This document shows positions 62,161 to 64,000 of a stretch of 64,000 nt of DNA, in pieces. The position numbers were made by a program, and so were the translations under genes. The stretch's first letter is position 1, and every line of letters begins with the position of its first letter. The stretch comes from Curvularia clavata (lineage: Eukaryota), in contig CP089276.1 in assembly GCA_023920165.1 (NCBI GenBank), forward strand, positions 1,674,001-1,738,000, written 5' to 3'. Under the pieces are notes generated by a model, which worked only from the letters and a program-made list of their open reading frames with translations, was not told the origin of the DNA and made no database searches.

Positions 62161-63866
62161 ATGGGGCTCTCCAAATCCACGCGGATTATGATACTCTTGG
62201 GCATTGACACGGCCTTTTTCTTCGTAGAGTTGATCGCAGGATATGCGGTCCATTCCCTGGCTCTCGTTGCCGACTCGTTCCACATGGTGTGTATATCTAG
62301 CGACGCGCAACAGGACGGATACTGACAGTAAGCACAGCTGAACGATGTCATTTCACTCCTTGTCGGACTGTGGGCAGTCAAGGTCGCCAGCCAGAAGACC
62401 AACTCGAAGACTTACACATACGGAGTGAGTTCATGCCGTCGTTCCTGCGCGGCACACCTGCTAACCACACACAGTGGCAACGCGCCGAAACCCTGGGCGC
62501 CTTGATCAATGGCGTCTTCCTTGTCGCGCTGTGTCTGTCTATCTTTTTAGAAGCGATCCAGCGCTTTGTCGAACCCCAAGACGTCTCACATCCCAAGATT
62601 ATTCTCATCGTCGGTTCCTGCGGTCTCCTTTCCAACATTATCGGTCTTTTCCTGTTTCACGACCACGGTCATGGCCACGGCGGCCACTCGCACTCGCACG
62701 ACGCACACTCACATGCTGAGGAGGGACATTCTCATAGCGCGCATTCCCACGACCATGATATCGCGGACGAGAGCGGCAATGTGGCTGATGTGCTGCCCCA
62801 GAACCGCGTTGCATTCCCTAGCAACCTGACACAAAGCTCTGCAAACTCAAATGGCATCAACGTCTCCTCCAGTGCCGACAGGCGCCGCTCCTCTGTGTCT
62901 GGAAAGAAGAAGCGTCACAGCCGATCCCAGTCGCGCAACTATGCAACTTTGGACGAAATCTACGTACACCCTTCATCCTTTAGAAACAGCATCATCGAGT
63001 CTTCTCGGTTGCGCGATGAAGAAGCTGATGATGAAGATGACAACTTGGAAGTAGAGGAGGAGCCGACTGAACAGACTTCGTTGCTTTCCAAGCCCAAGAA
63101 GAACAGATCACACGACCACTCACACGCAAACGGCAAATCCAAGGAAAACCAGCACAAGGACCATAAGCACACTAAGCCCAAACAGCAATCTTCTGGTGGG
63201 GGCCACGGCCACTCCCACGGCGACCTCAACATGCGCGGTGTCTTTCTGCATGTCATGGGCGATGCTCTGGGCAACATTGGTGTGATTGCGACTGCTCTCT
63301 TCATTTGGCTTACCGATTTCTCGTGGAGGATGTACGCTGACCCGGCTGTCTCTCTGCTGATTACCGTGATCATTCTGCTTTCTGCTCTGCCACTCTGCAA
63401 GGCCGCTTCTCGCATCCTGCTGCAGGCGGTTCCTGAGAACATGTCTATTGACGACATCACGGACGACATTAGCGATCTTGACGGTATCATCTCGTGCCAC
63501 CATCTGCACGTCTGGCAGCTTTCCGACACCAAGCTCGTTGCCTCTCTTCACGTTCAGGTCGACTTTGACTTCAAGGGCGAGGGCTCTGCGCGCTACATGG
63601 AGCTTGCCCGCCAGATCCGCGAATGTCTGCACGAGTATGGCATTCACTCGTCGACTATCCAGCCTGAATTCTGCCTCGACTCGAACCATGACCATTCGGG
63701 ACATGGTTCAGATGACAGCGGTGCCGAAGATGCTGGACGTAGCAACAGCAAAAACCCGAGTGTGCGAGGCGGACCCGATGCCTGCCTGCTGGAATGCCCT
63801 GACAGCTGTGGAGGCGGCAAGCAATGCTGTGACCCGGGTACCACCGGACCTAACAGCTGCTCATAA
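62161..63866 (+). CDS. ZRC1: CDF-family zinc/cobalt transporter (ZRC1/COT1-like)
   Basis: SLALVADSFHMLND, TYGWQRAETLGALING, His-rich loop, LNMRGVFLHVMGD, HHLHVWQL, GIHSSTIQPE. Introns 62287-62337 and 62425-62474. Confidence 0.93.
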
Positions 63867-64000
63867 ACACGCGGGGCGTAGTCTTTTTCCTTTGTATTAC
63901 ATTCCTGGGCACCGACTGTATTATATGTTTCTGTGTTTGCGGCAGCCCAGGCCTCTCGTTGTGTCATTATATTCGTTGTTATTAGTGGAGCGAGTTTCCC

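Overview
Gene-dense, intron-containing DNA from a filamentous ascomycete (Dothideomycete/Pleosporales-like by inference from intron style and gene models). I can model about 23 protein genes plus an intron-containing tRNA-Glu(CTC). Most are core housekeeping genes: ORT1, CGR1, complex I 49 kDa subunit, RPC40, ATP3, TOP1, ATP4, NOC4, a PHS-family MFS transporter, an MNN10-like GT34 enzyme, creB, LSD1, LCL3, CPA2 and ZRC1. I found no CRISPR array, intact transposon or secondary-metabolite cluster. The most notable observations are: (1) an uncharacterised single-pass protein with the layout of a BNIP3/NIX/Atg32-type selective-autophagy receptor; (2) four head-to-head pairs of a mitochondrial gene and a nucleolar/ribosome-biogenesis gene, some sharing promoter motifs; (3) an unexplained ~100-bp tandem repeat with a diverged copy 55 kb away next to the tRNA; (4) a 13-repeat Gly/Tyr/Asp low-complexity protein; (5) two small candidate genes that the ORF track shows only in part; (6) a tandem array of CreA-type sites upstream of creB. 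All exon boundaries were read by eye, and no database searches were run.
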